Positions 26,591 to 37,949 of a stretch of 64,000 nt of DNA are shown here, one piece after another. How positions within the stretch are numbered: position 1 is the first letter of the stretch; every line of letters starts with the position of its first letter. The notes under the pieces are model-generated. The model was not told the DNA's origin. It did no database searches and saw only the letters and a program-made list of their open reading frames with translations. The stretch is from Lepidodermella squamata (Eukaryota; Animalia; Gastrotricha), in the NCBI GenBank assembly GCA_047495785.1, contig JBLDXI010000024.1, positions 3,658,001 through 3,722,000 on the forward strand. The letters run 5' to 3'. The position numbers and the translations under genes were made by a program.

Positions 26591-28757
26591 ATGAACTCAG
26601 CCAGGAAATGCGCTTGCTTTATTTTGTCATTGAACTTTCCTGGTGATGACGGTCAAGGCCAAGAAGCTGATGAAATCATAAAAGCCAAAATATATTACGA
26701 GCGCGAGTCGTTAGCTCAGGTGGAGGATGTTATGAAACAGCTTCAAGAGCATTGCACAGTGTTGATGTCAAGAATCACTCTGAAACCTGAGCTTCTCTAT
26801 TCGAATTCGCTGCTCAACTTCGAGAAGACGTTTGACGGCGATTACTATAGTGAAGGCTTCGTGCTAAGCTATGCTGATGTCCATTTCGGTGACATAAGGC
26901 TACCTGTAAAAATGATCCAGTTGATAGATAAATTGAAATACGGACGAATCTATGCCATTTCCGGCGGAATGAAGAGCGAAGATGAACAAGACTGTTATGA
27001 AAAATGGCTACCCTCGTGGACTGTAAACTCCGATCACCCCGTTAAATCGCTGTGCGGTGGATTGGTTTCAAATGTTTTCCCCTGCCCGTCCGCTCAATAT
27101 TGCGACGAAAATGACAGTGGTGGCAATATCAATTTTCTTCGGCTTTTCTTCAAACTGCAAATTTCTAAGATTAAATATTTTGACTGTGTCGCTGTTGATG
27201 GCCTTCAACTACATGTATTCAATTCATCAACCGAAATTTGTCCGCCGAGCTCTACAAAGGGAGCCTTGCCATTTGATTCAAAGGCTTTCATGCCATATTT
27301 ACCGTTGGAAATCTGGCTCAGAATTGTTGAACTGACAAACTGTCGTTTATCGGTGAGTTTCAATGAATTTTATCACCTGAAATAGTCCGAAGGGAATCTT
27401 CATTTCAGACACTGGCAGCTCTTTCTGGAGCATGCCACGAATGGCGGAAATTATTCAGTCACCCTTATTTCTGGTCCAGCCTTGATTTAAAACCCTTGGC
27501 ATCGAAGTTCCCTCACGCCTCGAAAGAATTTCTTGACTTTATTTTCGATCGAAGCGCCAAGCACCTGCGGCATCTTCGCCTGTCTTGGCTTCCTGCATGG
27601 CCGGAGAGCGTTGATTTATCAAGTTTCATCGATAGCCTCAGAGAAGGATCGCTCGTAACTCTAGTTATCGAAAATTGCTTCGCTCTTGACGACGATCTAC
27701 TCATAAAATTACTCGAATCTCAGAGAAATATCGAGTACCTCAAAATCTTCGGTTGCCCAGGAGTTTCAACCGATGGTTACACGGCGTTGAAGTATTTGAA
27801 AAATTTACGTCGACTATCTCTGGGCGGGGTAGATGAAATTCATACAAAGTCTCTTCGACCCTTCGTGAAGCAAAAATGGACGAAACTGGAGGTGTTTGAA
27901 TTCACCGAATTACCAGCTACTTTTTCGATTTTCCCGACCAGCGACCTCGGAGCCCAATTGCCTGGTCTGTTATTGGAAGGCGCGAGTTCGTTGCGCAACC
28001 TTCGAGCAGTTAACATTGACCTAAACAGCAGTGATTACTCAGATTTCAGCGATGCGAAAAAAGTGAAATACCTCCGCCAATTTTTGAGGCATCTACCGAG
28101 AGTTGAGGAGTTATTTCTCTGCCAGGAAGATGGATTGGAAGCTGATAAATTGGTTGAAGCTGTGATTGCGGAGCCGCTTTCGTCTTCGATGGCTAAACTA
28201 TGCCCGAATTTAAGGCGGATTTCAACTATGGTCTACTCAGTTGCCACGGCCAAGACGAAAATTCAAGGCATGCCGTTTTTCGAGGCATTTTCAAAATGTT
28301 TTGCTGGGTGTTCTAAACTCGAATCACTCATGATTGTTTACGACGAAAGACGGTCAAACACTGATTCTTTTGAAAAATGGGTAAAATTTAAAATTTTTAT
28401 CAAATTATTTTCTATATTTTCAATTTATTCTAGGATTTGCGAGTTCTGCTTGGAAATCTGCCGACTTTACCTGAACTTGTAGTTTTGAAGGACGATTTAG
28501 CCGAATCGACTGACGAACTCGCCGATTTAAGGCTGAAATTTCCCTATTGTAATATTGTAGTTCGACATTTGATTCGAAATTCGTTGGAACTCGACACGAA
28601 AACTGCCCTTTGCAGCTGCGGATCTGACCCGGAATTTTGCCCAGAAAATTCGTATCACCCCGATATCGAACCGCGACGAGCTAGCCGCAAGCGCCGTTAT
28701 TCTGACGACGCTGCAAATGAAGCTGACGAAGTCGAAAATTTTCTCGTTATTTATTAA
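26591..28757 (+). CDS. F-box/LRR protein with an FBXL4-like N-terminal domain (introns ~27353-27408 and 28381-28432)
   Basis: F-box LPLEIWLRI..|..LSGACHEWRKL..PYFWSSLDL, followed by LRR-like repeats. N-terminal segments SYADVHF..P..I.L..G.I..I, NFLRL and VDGLQLH match my recollection of the FBXL4 N-domain. Confidence 0.75.
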
Positions 28758-28871
28758 CTATTTTTTGTACCAATTGTTGTTGAATTTTTGCTCGCTCCAT
28801 TTTTCATTGCTCAACGGCTCATTTTTCATTGAATAAATATCTGATTTTTAGAACTCATTTAAATGAAATGA

Positions 28872-30023
28872 ATGGCATCTTCCGGGAATCGAAAACGCGA
28901 TTTGGCCGTTGGAAATGATGTTCCACCGAGAAAAGAGCCGAAATTCGACGAGGATTTACCGATATTTGACTGTGAAAAATGCAACGAAACGCTTAGCATT
29001 GAAGAAATTTTCGTCATTTCAAGCTGCGGGCATAAAATTTGCCGGTCCTGCACTCGAGCTTTCATCCAACAATCGACCAGTTTTCGATGTCCCATAATTG
29101 AAAATGCATGCCGGGGCGAAATTTTACCGGCAGAAGCTAGCCTTCTATTTGACGCGGAAGAATTGGCTAATTTACTCGAAAATCAAACTGGCGAAGGCAA
29201 TGAAAAGGATCCACTTTGTGATATTTGTACAATTTCTGTGAAAATGAACGACATTTTCCAGGTTTCAGCTGATTGTTCTCATATTTTGTGCCAAATTTGC
29301 GCTGGAACTTACGTTAACGACCCGGGTGTTGTGGACCCGCTGAAACTCACCTGTCCAATTTTGAACTGTAAAGCCATGATTGACCAAGAAAACACGGCTG
29401 CAGTTTTAAATCAGTCCGCTAAGTTATTTGAGTGCCAAATTTGCTGCGAAACTCTGCCTTTTACAGACGTTTTCCAGCTCAGGAAATCTTGCGGCCATAT
29501 TTTGTGCCGAATTTGCGCGAATACGTACTTACAGACATTGATACACGACAAAAAACGGCCGAAATGCCCGCTTGAAAAATGCGGCCAAGAAATTGATTTC
29601 GACGACGCTGAACTAGTGTTATCAGACGAAGATTGCGACAAGTTGTTTCAAATGTTGCTTGAAATCAACGTGGCTGATTGTATCAATTGCCCGAAGCCTG
29701 ACTGTAAAGGAATAGCCGAGGTAGTCCCACCCAGGTCGCTGTTCACGTGCCCTGAATGTAACCATGACATGTGTGTAAAATGCCGCCAAGATTGGCACGC
29801 GGGTGTGACGTGTGACGACTATGCGAAATGGCTGGAAGAAAACGGCCAGGCTGATGAGAAATTTAACGAATGGCGGCGATTGAAGCGCATTCAAGTGTGC
29901 CCGAATTGCCGGCAGGGTGTCGAGAAAACCAAGGGATGTAACCATATTAGCTGCAAATGCGGTGCTCATTTTTGTTACCGATGCGGCCGCGACTATCACG
30001 ATCACGGCGGGTATTGCCCGTAG
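28872..30023 (+). CDS. RBR E3 ubiquitin ligase with three RING1-like domains, IBR and RING2; intronless
   Basis: Three C-x2-C..C.H..C..C..CP..C units; IBR CPKPDC..CPEC.H.MC..C..WH; RING2 CPNC..KTKGCNHISC.CGAHFCY.C with the catalytic Cys present. Confidence 0.9.
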   Translation: MASSGNRKRDLAVGNDVPPRKEPKFDEDLPIFDCEKCNETLSIEEIFVISSCGHKICRSCTRAFIQQSTSFRCPIIENACRGEILPAEASLLFDAEELANLLENQTGEGNEKDPLCDICTISVKMNDIFQVSADCSHILCQICAGTYVNDPGVVDPLKLTCPILNCKAMIDQENTAAVLNQSAKLFECQICCETLPFTDVFQLRKSCGHILCRICANTYLQTLIHDKKRPKCPLEKCGQEIDFDDAELVLSDEDCDKLFQMLLEINVADCINCPKPDCKGIAEVVPPRSLFTCPECNHDMCVKCRQDWHAGVTCDDYAKWLEENGQADEKFNEWRRLKRIQVCPNCRQGVEKTKGCNHISCKCGAHFCYRCGRDYHDHGGYCP

Positions 30024-31673
30024 AAAGTTTGGAAATTCTATTAAAATGCCTTGAAAATAATTACGTGACTCTGTAAAATTTGTGCAATGCTCGAAAAACT
30101 CTTGATTTTTGTTGATATTTTCGCAATATTTTCAATGTGAAAAAATAAACTCGGAAGTAATTTTTAATTTAATTTCGAATGCCTTGGCACGTTGTGAAAA
30201 CTGAATAAGATTAACATATTTTTTTACTCATAGGAAAAATTGTTGATTATACAAGCGTTCGAATGGCTGGGAACATTGGTTTGTGCCGTGGACTGTTAGA
30301 AAACAACAATCGTGTTTAAAATAATATTCACCACATGAACCTCAAACAAAACTGTATTGGAAGTTAGATTTCTAATAATTATGATGGTTAAACTACACTT
30401 TTTTATTAGGATAATATGAGAGGCCTGCGTGCCCTTCTAACCTGCAAACTTATGTTTTACCAATAAAATTGTTATGCCGTTACGAAAGTTGCTATACAAC
30501 GGATAAAAATTGCAAAAAAGTTTATTTACTTGGCGAGTTTCCACCAAGCAGAGAACGAAAAGATGAGAAAGCACAGACGAAAGACGTGGATAAATGCTTA
30601 TGGATTGAGAAAGAAAATTGAAAATATAAAAGAAACTATAAGACAAATAAGACCATGGCAACTCAGATCGGCAACCGAGACTAATATGAAATAAAAACTT
30701 TTATTTTCGCTATCATCCGAGATACCGAAAACCGAGACTAAATAATTATTTGAATGATTATTTTTGGCCCGAAATGTTTTTGTCACTATGGAAGACCACT
30801 TTGTCACTATCGTGGCTCGATTTGTATCTCTTTTATTTTTGCCGGCTCTATCCATTTTTGTCACTGCAAAGGAGTGGTTTGTCACTATTTCAGCTAAGCA
30901 GAATCTCTAAGTTAGAAAAACTTGTCTCTCTGATCAGCTGTCGCTATAAAAATTCATATGTATACAACCGAGACACCGACTGAGACGCGGGAAACCGAGA
31001 AAATAAATGGAAAACAATTGAAACTATATGGTAGATCGATGATTCATCAGGCGATTTTATAATACAAAAACAATCTAAACCGGATGATTTCGAGTGGATC
31101 GATCCAAAAGTCTGGACTTAACATTCTAATTATATCGTCCTAACGGGACGGATTTTGGGGTCTGAGCCCGGTTTAGGCATGAAAAAGGTCAATTTTCTAG
31201 AAAAATGCACGCGCCTGCCCTGGTATGAGGCACCTCGGAAATTGTGAAATTTTTCTATTGTCCAATATCATCCCGGATCTAGCGTCTATAGGGTCTATGT
31301 AGTTCAATCGAAAGGTATGACTTGAATGACTTCAAAGTTCACTTTTCACTTCCTTTTCACTTCCCACTTTTCAATGAACGAAATATAGGTAGCGCAAACA
31401 CGTTATTTTTTCATTCCATTAATTGCCATAATTGATCAAATAATAAAAAAAAATAATTGTCATGCGAAGACTTGGAAGCCTGAAGCTAAGAATTTCAAAA
31501 TTATTAGAAATCGCATTGCGATGACGTTACAATTAAGAGATAAATAATTGTGTTGCGCACTGAACGACGGCGTAACAGGCCCTCTCATCGGCCTATATAA
31601 AAGGCGGCTCTCGCATCGAGATAGTCATCAATCATTCATTACAACACCATCACATTTCATTTCTAGCATCGAG

Positions 31674-33098
31674 ATGCAATTCAAAGCCCTTTGCTTACTG
31701 GCGTTGTGTGTCACCCTGGCGCATTGTCTGGAGGAGGAGCGCGAGGATCGCTTCGAAGATCGCGAAAATGTTCGCAAAGAAGACTCGAGACGCCCGCATG
31801 AAGATGTCTCGAGAAAGCACCACGAAGACCGCGCCAAGCAGCACCACAGCGTCGAAGACAACAAGGCCAAGTTCAACCTCGACGACAAGACCAAAGACAT
31901 CCTGACCAGGGACAAGGTCGACCGGCCCGAGTTCATTTTCGAGAAAGTGCTCGAATTTTTCCTGAAGAACCCAAGCCGGCAATTCGAGCGTGAATGCTTC
32001 GCTAAGTTCAAGGAGGGCGAGTCTGTCGATTTTGTCATCGATATCGCGCCAAGCCCGTCCGATGATAAGCTCGACAAATTGCTGGCCGAGTCGCCCATGG
32101 CCTACTACCTGGCGTACAAGCACGAAGCTGCCTCGCCGGCGTATTTCAACGCCATCCAGCGATTTATCGACGCCGTCACGTTCGACATGAAACCCGAGGC
32201 GACGCACACGATCATCCACGACAACGGCCGCAAGCTGATCATCCGCGGCAAGGCGACTAATGCGCCGATTAACAAGGCCCTCACCGGTGCGCACGGCGAT
32301 TTCAGTGATGCGAAGCGCGGTCTCGAGACACTGTGGCCGGTTCCGTCGAAGAGTTCCGTTTCCGAGTCGTCGATTCTGAAAACGATGCTCAAAAATAACC
32401 TCGGCCGCATGACCAAGTTGGCTCTGTGGAATCGCGACAATGGCCTGCCCACAGGTAAATTTTTCAACATTTTCAAAAAATTTCAAATGTGAATTTTTTT
32501 CAAAATTTATTGAAATTTATTCAAAATTTATTTAAAATTTATCATTGAAAATTTTTTTAAAATTTAAATGAGCTGATCATTTAATTAAAATGTTCAAACA
32601 CATTTCAAAATTTGAATTTTCTATTTCCATTAAAAAATTAAATTTATTAAAAAAGTCATTTTATGAGCTGCTTGAAAAAATGAATTTTTTGAAAATTTGA
32701 TGTTTTACAATCGGCCTTTCGACAAAATTAATTTTAAATTTTGCGTTTTCAAAATTTCGAAATTCAAATTTTTCTACAGTTAAAGTTTTTAATTTTTTTT
32801 TTAATTTTCATGCGGATTTTTAATTCATTTTTTCTTAGTTCTCTCGTCGACCCGTCGCTCGAAGCCGATCTACACCATCCTGATCACTGACGGCGCCTCT
32901 GGAGCCAAGATTGAAGATCTAGTCGAGGATGTTTCGCGAGCCACGGTCATCGATATTGGCGAGCGGCGTTTCGTCAAAAATCTCGAGTGGAACGAAAACC
33001 GCAAAGCCGTCAACCTCGTGTCGCTGAATGCGCCGCAGCAACTCGTCGCGTTTGTCGACACGTGCCGCCTCATGGCTGCTCGGGCGTACGGCTGCTAA
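31674..33098 (+). CDS. Secreted protein with a charged His-rich N-terminus and a divergent VWA-like domain (intron 32455-32838)
   Basis: TATA box at ~31594; signal peptide MQFKALCLLALCVTLAHC; VDFVIDIAPS and ILITDG motifs; in-frame splice; GC3-rich codons. Confidence 0.65.
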
Positions 33099-33772
33099 AT
33101 ATCAGCCACCTGTCTGGTCAACGATTTTATTGAACTCAAATTTTTAATGAACTGGTCACATTGTTGAAAGAATTGCCTCTCGAATGTAGAATCCTACTTT
33201 TTTAGCATACCTATATGCCTGGCGGTTCAGGTTATAATATTCACAACAATAAACTACGGCACAATTTTGTAATGTTTGATTTTGAATTTTTCAATTTTTG
33301 CTGAGTTGAAGAACGATGGGCATGACGATTGGCATAAAAAGCAGAAAATTAAGAGTCCATTAGTCACCCTGAGTCGATTGACAATAGGAGCCTTTCGGAC
33401 AATACGTGTGGTGGGAGATTATTCTAGAAGCTGGTAACAGTACTAGCTTAAAAAATTCGTGTGGCTGAATGTTTTTCTGAAAGCTACCCAAACAAGTCGT
33501 GACGTCAATGCGGGGTCTCTTGCCGCGCATGTAACGCCGCAGTGGTTTCGGCGTTTAATCGTGAAAATAACAGCGTAACAACCTGGAAAATTACCTGCAA
33601 CACGTGATGTCTGATGTGTTTTTCTGACTTCAGGTAAACAGGTTTCAATGCCAAATCGGCCGTGGATTCGGCTATAAAATGGAGCCGAAATTTGGTCAGA
33701 AAAGCATCAGATTCAAACCTTGAAAACAATTCAATTCTTACTACAACTCTACACAACCTCGCATCTTCAACC

Positions 33773-34108
33773 ATGCATTCATCAAAGCTGTTCATTCTAG
33801 CCGTTGGTGCCGTGCTTCTCGTCGAGCTGGTCCTGTCAAAGCCTCTAAGAAAAGGAGACTCGAGCCACTCATCCGAGGAGAGAAATTCGACCCAGATTGC
33901 TGCAAGAGGAAGATCAGGGCCGAACAGCCAATCCGTCGCCAGAGGCGCCAGTGGCGGATCAAACCGGCCGAAACGAGCTGCCGGCGACAATGGCGCCAAG
34001 AAGCGAGGCAACAGTGGAGCAACCGTGGCGACGAATAAAAAGGGCGTCAGCGGTGCAGTTGAAGCCGTCACTACAGCTCGTCCTAGGGGCCACCATAACC
34101 ATCAATAA
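33773..34108 (+). CDS. Secreted 111-aa G/S/A/R/K-rich, Cys-free peptide precursor, copy 1
   Basis: TATAAAA at 33673, signal peptide, AATAAA at and after the stop; frame conserved with copy 2. Confidence 0.8.
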   Translation: MHSSKLFILAVGAVLLVELVLSKPLRKGDSSHSSEERNSTQIAARGRSGPNSQSVARGASGGSNRPKRAAGDNGAKKRGNSGATVATNKKGVSGAVEAVTTARPRGHHNHQ

Positions 34109-35001
34109 ATAATTGTTATAACTGTAATATCAATTTCTTTCAAGTCTATTATATTCTCTGCTGAAAGCAATTTTTAAATAAATCTCGAGTGAAAGAACGA
34201 TGAAATCTTTGCGTTTTGAAATTATATATATTGGCTATTAGTACCGCTATTTTCACAGTAGCAACTTCCTATACCTGAACCAGGAAGGATTTTATAAAAT
34301 CACGGCTACGCTAATATTTGACCAGGCAATAATTGAATTTTTACACTGAGCAAGTAGGAAAGTAATCTTTCACGCGATTTGCCGAGTTTTTGTATAATTC
34401 CTAATTCCAAGTGTAATAGAGGGCTAGCTCAATTTCAGAAATGCTGATAGTGTAAAATTGGAGCAACCAGTGGAGCCGTTTTACCGTTAGGTTTAGGGGA
34501 GGGTGACGATCGGCGCCGCAAACGATCAGCGGTCGCAAAGGCTGCCATTTATCACGTCCGCGAAGAGTCTGTTTTTGGCTGAAGATTCATAACTTCGCAA
34601 ATTCGCAAGCAAACGCCACTCCGTCTCACACTGTGAGTGCTATTTCCCAATCAGTTTCGAAGTAATATTCCACGCCTATAATAAAACCGCTGTTTTGCCG
34701 GTCGTCCGCGTTCTGATTGTTCGCCGTCAGTTGGTAAAACATGCTAGTGGAGAACGATAATCACAAAGTCATCACCATCACTGACAAGACCAAGTCTTAA
34801 GCCGTGAGAAAATCCCAACAATAAAGAATAATGATTATAATTGCCAGTTGCCAGTAACCTATTTTATTGAAAATTATAATCACAAATGACTAAATGATAC
34901 AGTTCATTTAGGAAGCACAGGGAGCACATTCATGAGATGACAAGCACTATAGGAAATTTTAGCAATGTCCAACGTTTATGATTGCAAACTTTGCCGCCAT
35001 T

Positions 35002-35631
35002 TCAGATGCGATTGACAGTGATCGGGGTCGGAGCGGCAATGGTCTGCTGCGGCTGTTGCTGGGGTGGAGCCTCGACCTTGGGCAGCTTCGGCAGCGGCGC
35101 CTCGATGCTGAGCTGGCCGTCGTGGCTCATGCTCGACTGCAGCTCCAGCTTGGCCGGGTCGATGCTGGCGTCGTCGGGCAGGTACAGGTGGCGCAGGTAG
35201 TGGCGCTTCACGCTCGCCCGGTTCTGCTCGTCCGTGGTCTCGTGGCTCGCCTCGACCTTGATGCAGCGCTGCTTCGAGTCCAGCGTCACGTTCACCTCCT
35301 CGGGCTTGAAGTTCCGCAGGTCGAAGGTGCACTTCAGCCGCCGGTTGCCCTCCGCGTCCGTCTCGATCGGGTTCACCAGGCAGCGGTGCTCCAGCAGACT
35401 GCCCGGCCGCGTCGCCATGTTGTTGAGGGCGCTCGCCAGTTGCTGCTGCGAGGCGCGGAAATTGCGGTCCATGTTGCGGCGCAGGCGGTTCATCTCGTGG
35501 CTGAGGGCCTCGAACGAACGGTCGTAGTCGAGGAAATTCGACAGCGCCAAGTCGGCTAGGTGGTCATCACAGACCAGCGACGGCCAGTCGAAGACGGTTG
35601 GGCGAGAATAGCTCGTTAGCCAGAAGCTCAT
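35002..35631 (-). CDS. Small heat shock protein (alpha-crystallin/Hsp20 family), intronless
   Basis: FDLRNFKPEEVNV..VEASHE..RHYLR..LP..ID..L.SSMSHDGQLSIEAPLP and a C-terminal I-x-V motif (PITV). GC3-rich, with HSEs upstream. Confidence 0.95.
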   Translation of the reverse strand: MSFWLTSYSRPTVFDWPSLVCDDHLADLALSNFLDYDRSFEALSHEMNRLRRNMDRNFRASQQQLASALNNMATRPGSLLEHRCLVNPIETDAEGNRRLKCTFDLRNFKPEEVNVTLDSKQRCIKVEASHETTDEQNRASVKRHYLRHLYLPDDASIDPAKLELQSSMSHDGQLSIEAPLPKLPKVEAPPQQQPQQTIAAPTPITVNRI

Positions 35632-35783
35632 TTTAATTGCTCGGAAACAAAGTGATAATAAACAACAGTGAAGAAGAGATGAAACTTCAAAGAGAGAGTT
35701 GATAATCGATTTCAAATTTGCTTGTTCAGGCTTTGCAGATATACAAAAACTTGCTGAAGTTGGCGCGGGATATAAAGCGGAAA

Positions 35784-35883
35784 GGAACATTCCAGAATAA
35801 GCAGTCTAGAATATTCGGGAAAATGCAGCAATCAGAATTTTCCAGAAAATTCCACCAGCAGTCCTAGGAGAATTTTCTAGAAA
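35784..35883. promoter_or_regulatory. Four perfect heat-shock elements upstream of Hsp20
   Basis: GAAcaTTCcaGAA (35785-35797), GAAtaTTCggGAA (35809-35821), GAAttTTCcaGAAaaTTC (35835-35852) and GAAttTTCtaGAA (35870-35882). TATA-like TTTATAT on the minus strand at ~35769-35775. Confidence 0.92.
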
Positions 35884-36698
35884 ATAATTCTGCCTTGAGA
35901 TAAACCACAGTAACTAAACAGTAAATAGAACTTTCACTAACGAACATCGGAATATTTTGCGAATATGTGATACCTGGAAGAAATTATTACTGAATAGTAA
36001 TTATCGACTCGCTCAGTTGGTTCCTTGGTCAAAATAGCCCTCTGATCGAGATATCACCCCTTTTCATTTGATAAGCATAGCTCTAATTAATTGCCTTTTG
36101 AGGTGAAAGAGTCAAATGAAGACGGGGCTTTCAAAGAATTCACATCAATTCTGATGTATAAATACTGTAAAACTGTCGCAGTTTATCTATCCAATCACTC
36201 AATGATAATTCTGCTGCTAATAAGTTGAAATAAATTAATAAGAAACGCATCTTAGTCCTTAGTCGAAGATGAGAAGCCGAGAGTACTGCTGATATGTAGC
36301 ACATCAGAAAATGTGTGCAAGTAAATTAGTCACCCATAGTCATTTGATGAGAGGAGCTTTGAACAATACGTGTGGGTTTGAAGTTTTTTCTGAAAGCTAC
36401 CAAAACAAGTCATGACGTCAATGCGGCGTCGCTAGTGGTTTCTGCCCATGTAACGCCGCAGTGGTTCCTACGTTTAATCGCGAAAACAACAGCATAATAA
36501 CCCGGAAAATTACCTGCAACACGTGATGTCTGAATTGATGTGTTTTTCAGGTTTAGGTAAACAGGTTTCAGAGCCAAATCGGCCGTAAATTCGGCTATAA
36601 AATGAAGCCAAAATTTGGTCAGAAAAGCATCAGATTCAAACCTTGAACAAACATCCAACTCTTACGAAAACTTCACACTTCTAACTTCAACTTCAACC

Positions 36699-37034
36699 AT
36701 GCATTCATCAAAGCTGTTTATTGTGGCTGTTGCGGCTGTGCTTCTCGTCGAGCTAGTCCTGTCAAAGCCTCTAAGAAAAGGAGACTCGAGCCACTCATCC
36801 GAGGAGAGAAATTCGACCCAGATTGCTGCAAGAGGAAGGTCAGGGCCTGATAACAAATCCGCCGCCAGAGGAAGCAGCGGCGGATCGAACCGGCCGAAAC
36901 GAGCTGCCGGCGGCAATGGCGCCAAGAAGCGAGGCAACAGTGGAGCAACCGTGGCGACGAACAAACAGGGCGTGAGCGGTGCAGTTGAAGCCGTCACTAC
37001 AGCTCGCTCTAGGGGCCACCATAACCATCAATAA
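36699..37034 (+). CDS. Secreted 111-aa basic peptide precursor, copy 2
   Basis: Near-identical to 33773-34108; TATAAAA at 36596. Confidence 0.8.
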   Translation: MHSSKLFIVAVAAVLLVELVLSKPLRKGDSSHSSEERNSTQIAARGRSGPDNKSAARGSSGGSNRPKRAAGGNGAKKRGNSGATVATNKQGVSGAVEAVTTARSRGHHNHQ

Positions 37035-37169
37035 ATATCAGTTCTTTCAAATCTTGTATACTCTCTGCTGAAAGCAATTTCGTAATAAAAATCCTCGATG
37101 GGAAATAATAGCAAAGTCTTTGTGTTCTGCAGTTTTTTTGGCTGATATGATTTGCCCTATATTGCTGAA

Positions 37170-37470
37170 CTCCGAAGCGCTCCAAAACACCTGACCGGCA
37201 GCTAATAGCCTTTATTCCATTTACTCCCCACCATTCCTCCAGATCTATCTAACCTGTCCTCTGTGCCAGATTTCGCAGGCGTTTGTTAGCATAGAGATAT
37301 TAGCCGTAGAATGAAATCCCAACTTTCAACAGTTCGAAGAAAGATTTATTCCTTTGTCGTCAGTCGCTAAACGTCAATTGATGCCAATTCTAGGTAATAC
37401 TAACGTATTCTTCACATAGGAAAAAGGGACGCCTTAAGAGATGTTATTACTGAATGGATATAAGTTAAAA
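37170..37470 (+). repeat. Dispersed ~300 bp repeat, second copy at ~60110-60400
   Basis: Colinear blocks: tactccc..cattcc..agatc, tcctctgt, ttagccg..gaatgaaa, agatttattc, taggtaat.ctaac, aaaaggg.cgc.t..agagatgtta. Confidence 0.75.
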
Positions 37471-37949
37471 GTACGTAAAGTATAAATTGTTCCAAGCCAG
37501 TTTCCATGCGAAGTGAGCTTATAAATTGTTGGCGGTTATTTGGATTCTTTGAGACTCTTCCAGGTTGATAAGTTTCGCAGAGAAAGGAAGCCTGCCTTTT
37601 TAAGCAGTTACCTACTCGAATTGTATTGCTGTTTTCAATTTGTCGCCAAATTTTCGATCCCGCCGAACTGTATTTGCAATCGCTCGACGCCTTGTTGGCC
37701 TTTAAATTCTTGAAACTGCGAAATTTCGTCGGGGCTATAACGCCAAAGTGACAAGACATTTTGCTTATAAGTTAGATAAAGAAGAACTGGGTGTGAAAAT
37801 ATGGCAGGTTTATTCAGCGCTACAATATTTACTCAGCAAAAGCGACGAAAAAATCAATCAGCAGATAAACAAACAAAAACATATATTGCACAAAACTGTA
37901 TCACAGTTGCACTTGAGTTGTAAGGTAGAGTATCATACTGTCAGTCAAT

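Larger units (their letters stand above)
33360..37125 (+). repeat. Direct duplication of ~0.8 kb (33360-34215 and 36327-37125) covering promoter, CDS and 3' UTR, flanking Hsp20
   Basis: Shared sequence from ttagtcaccc through ctctgctgaaagcaattt in both copies. Confidence 0.9.

Noticed and set aside
30660-31000. Recurring accgaga and tttgtcact motifs
   Set aside because: Probably a decayed repeat element, but no termini or TSD could be defined.
31628-32486. Long antisense ORFs over the VWA-like gene
   Set aside because: These are shadows of GC3-rich codon usage. The sense strand has the signal peptide, TATA box and splice sites.
34976-35559. Alternative-frame and antisense ORFs over Hsp20
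   Set aside because: Explained by the high GC of the Hsp20 CDS; they contain no recognisable motifs.
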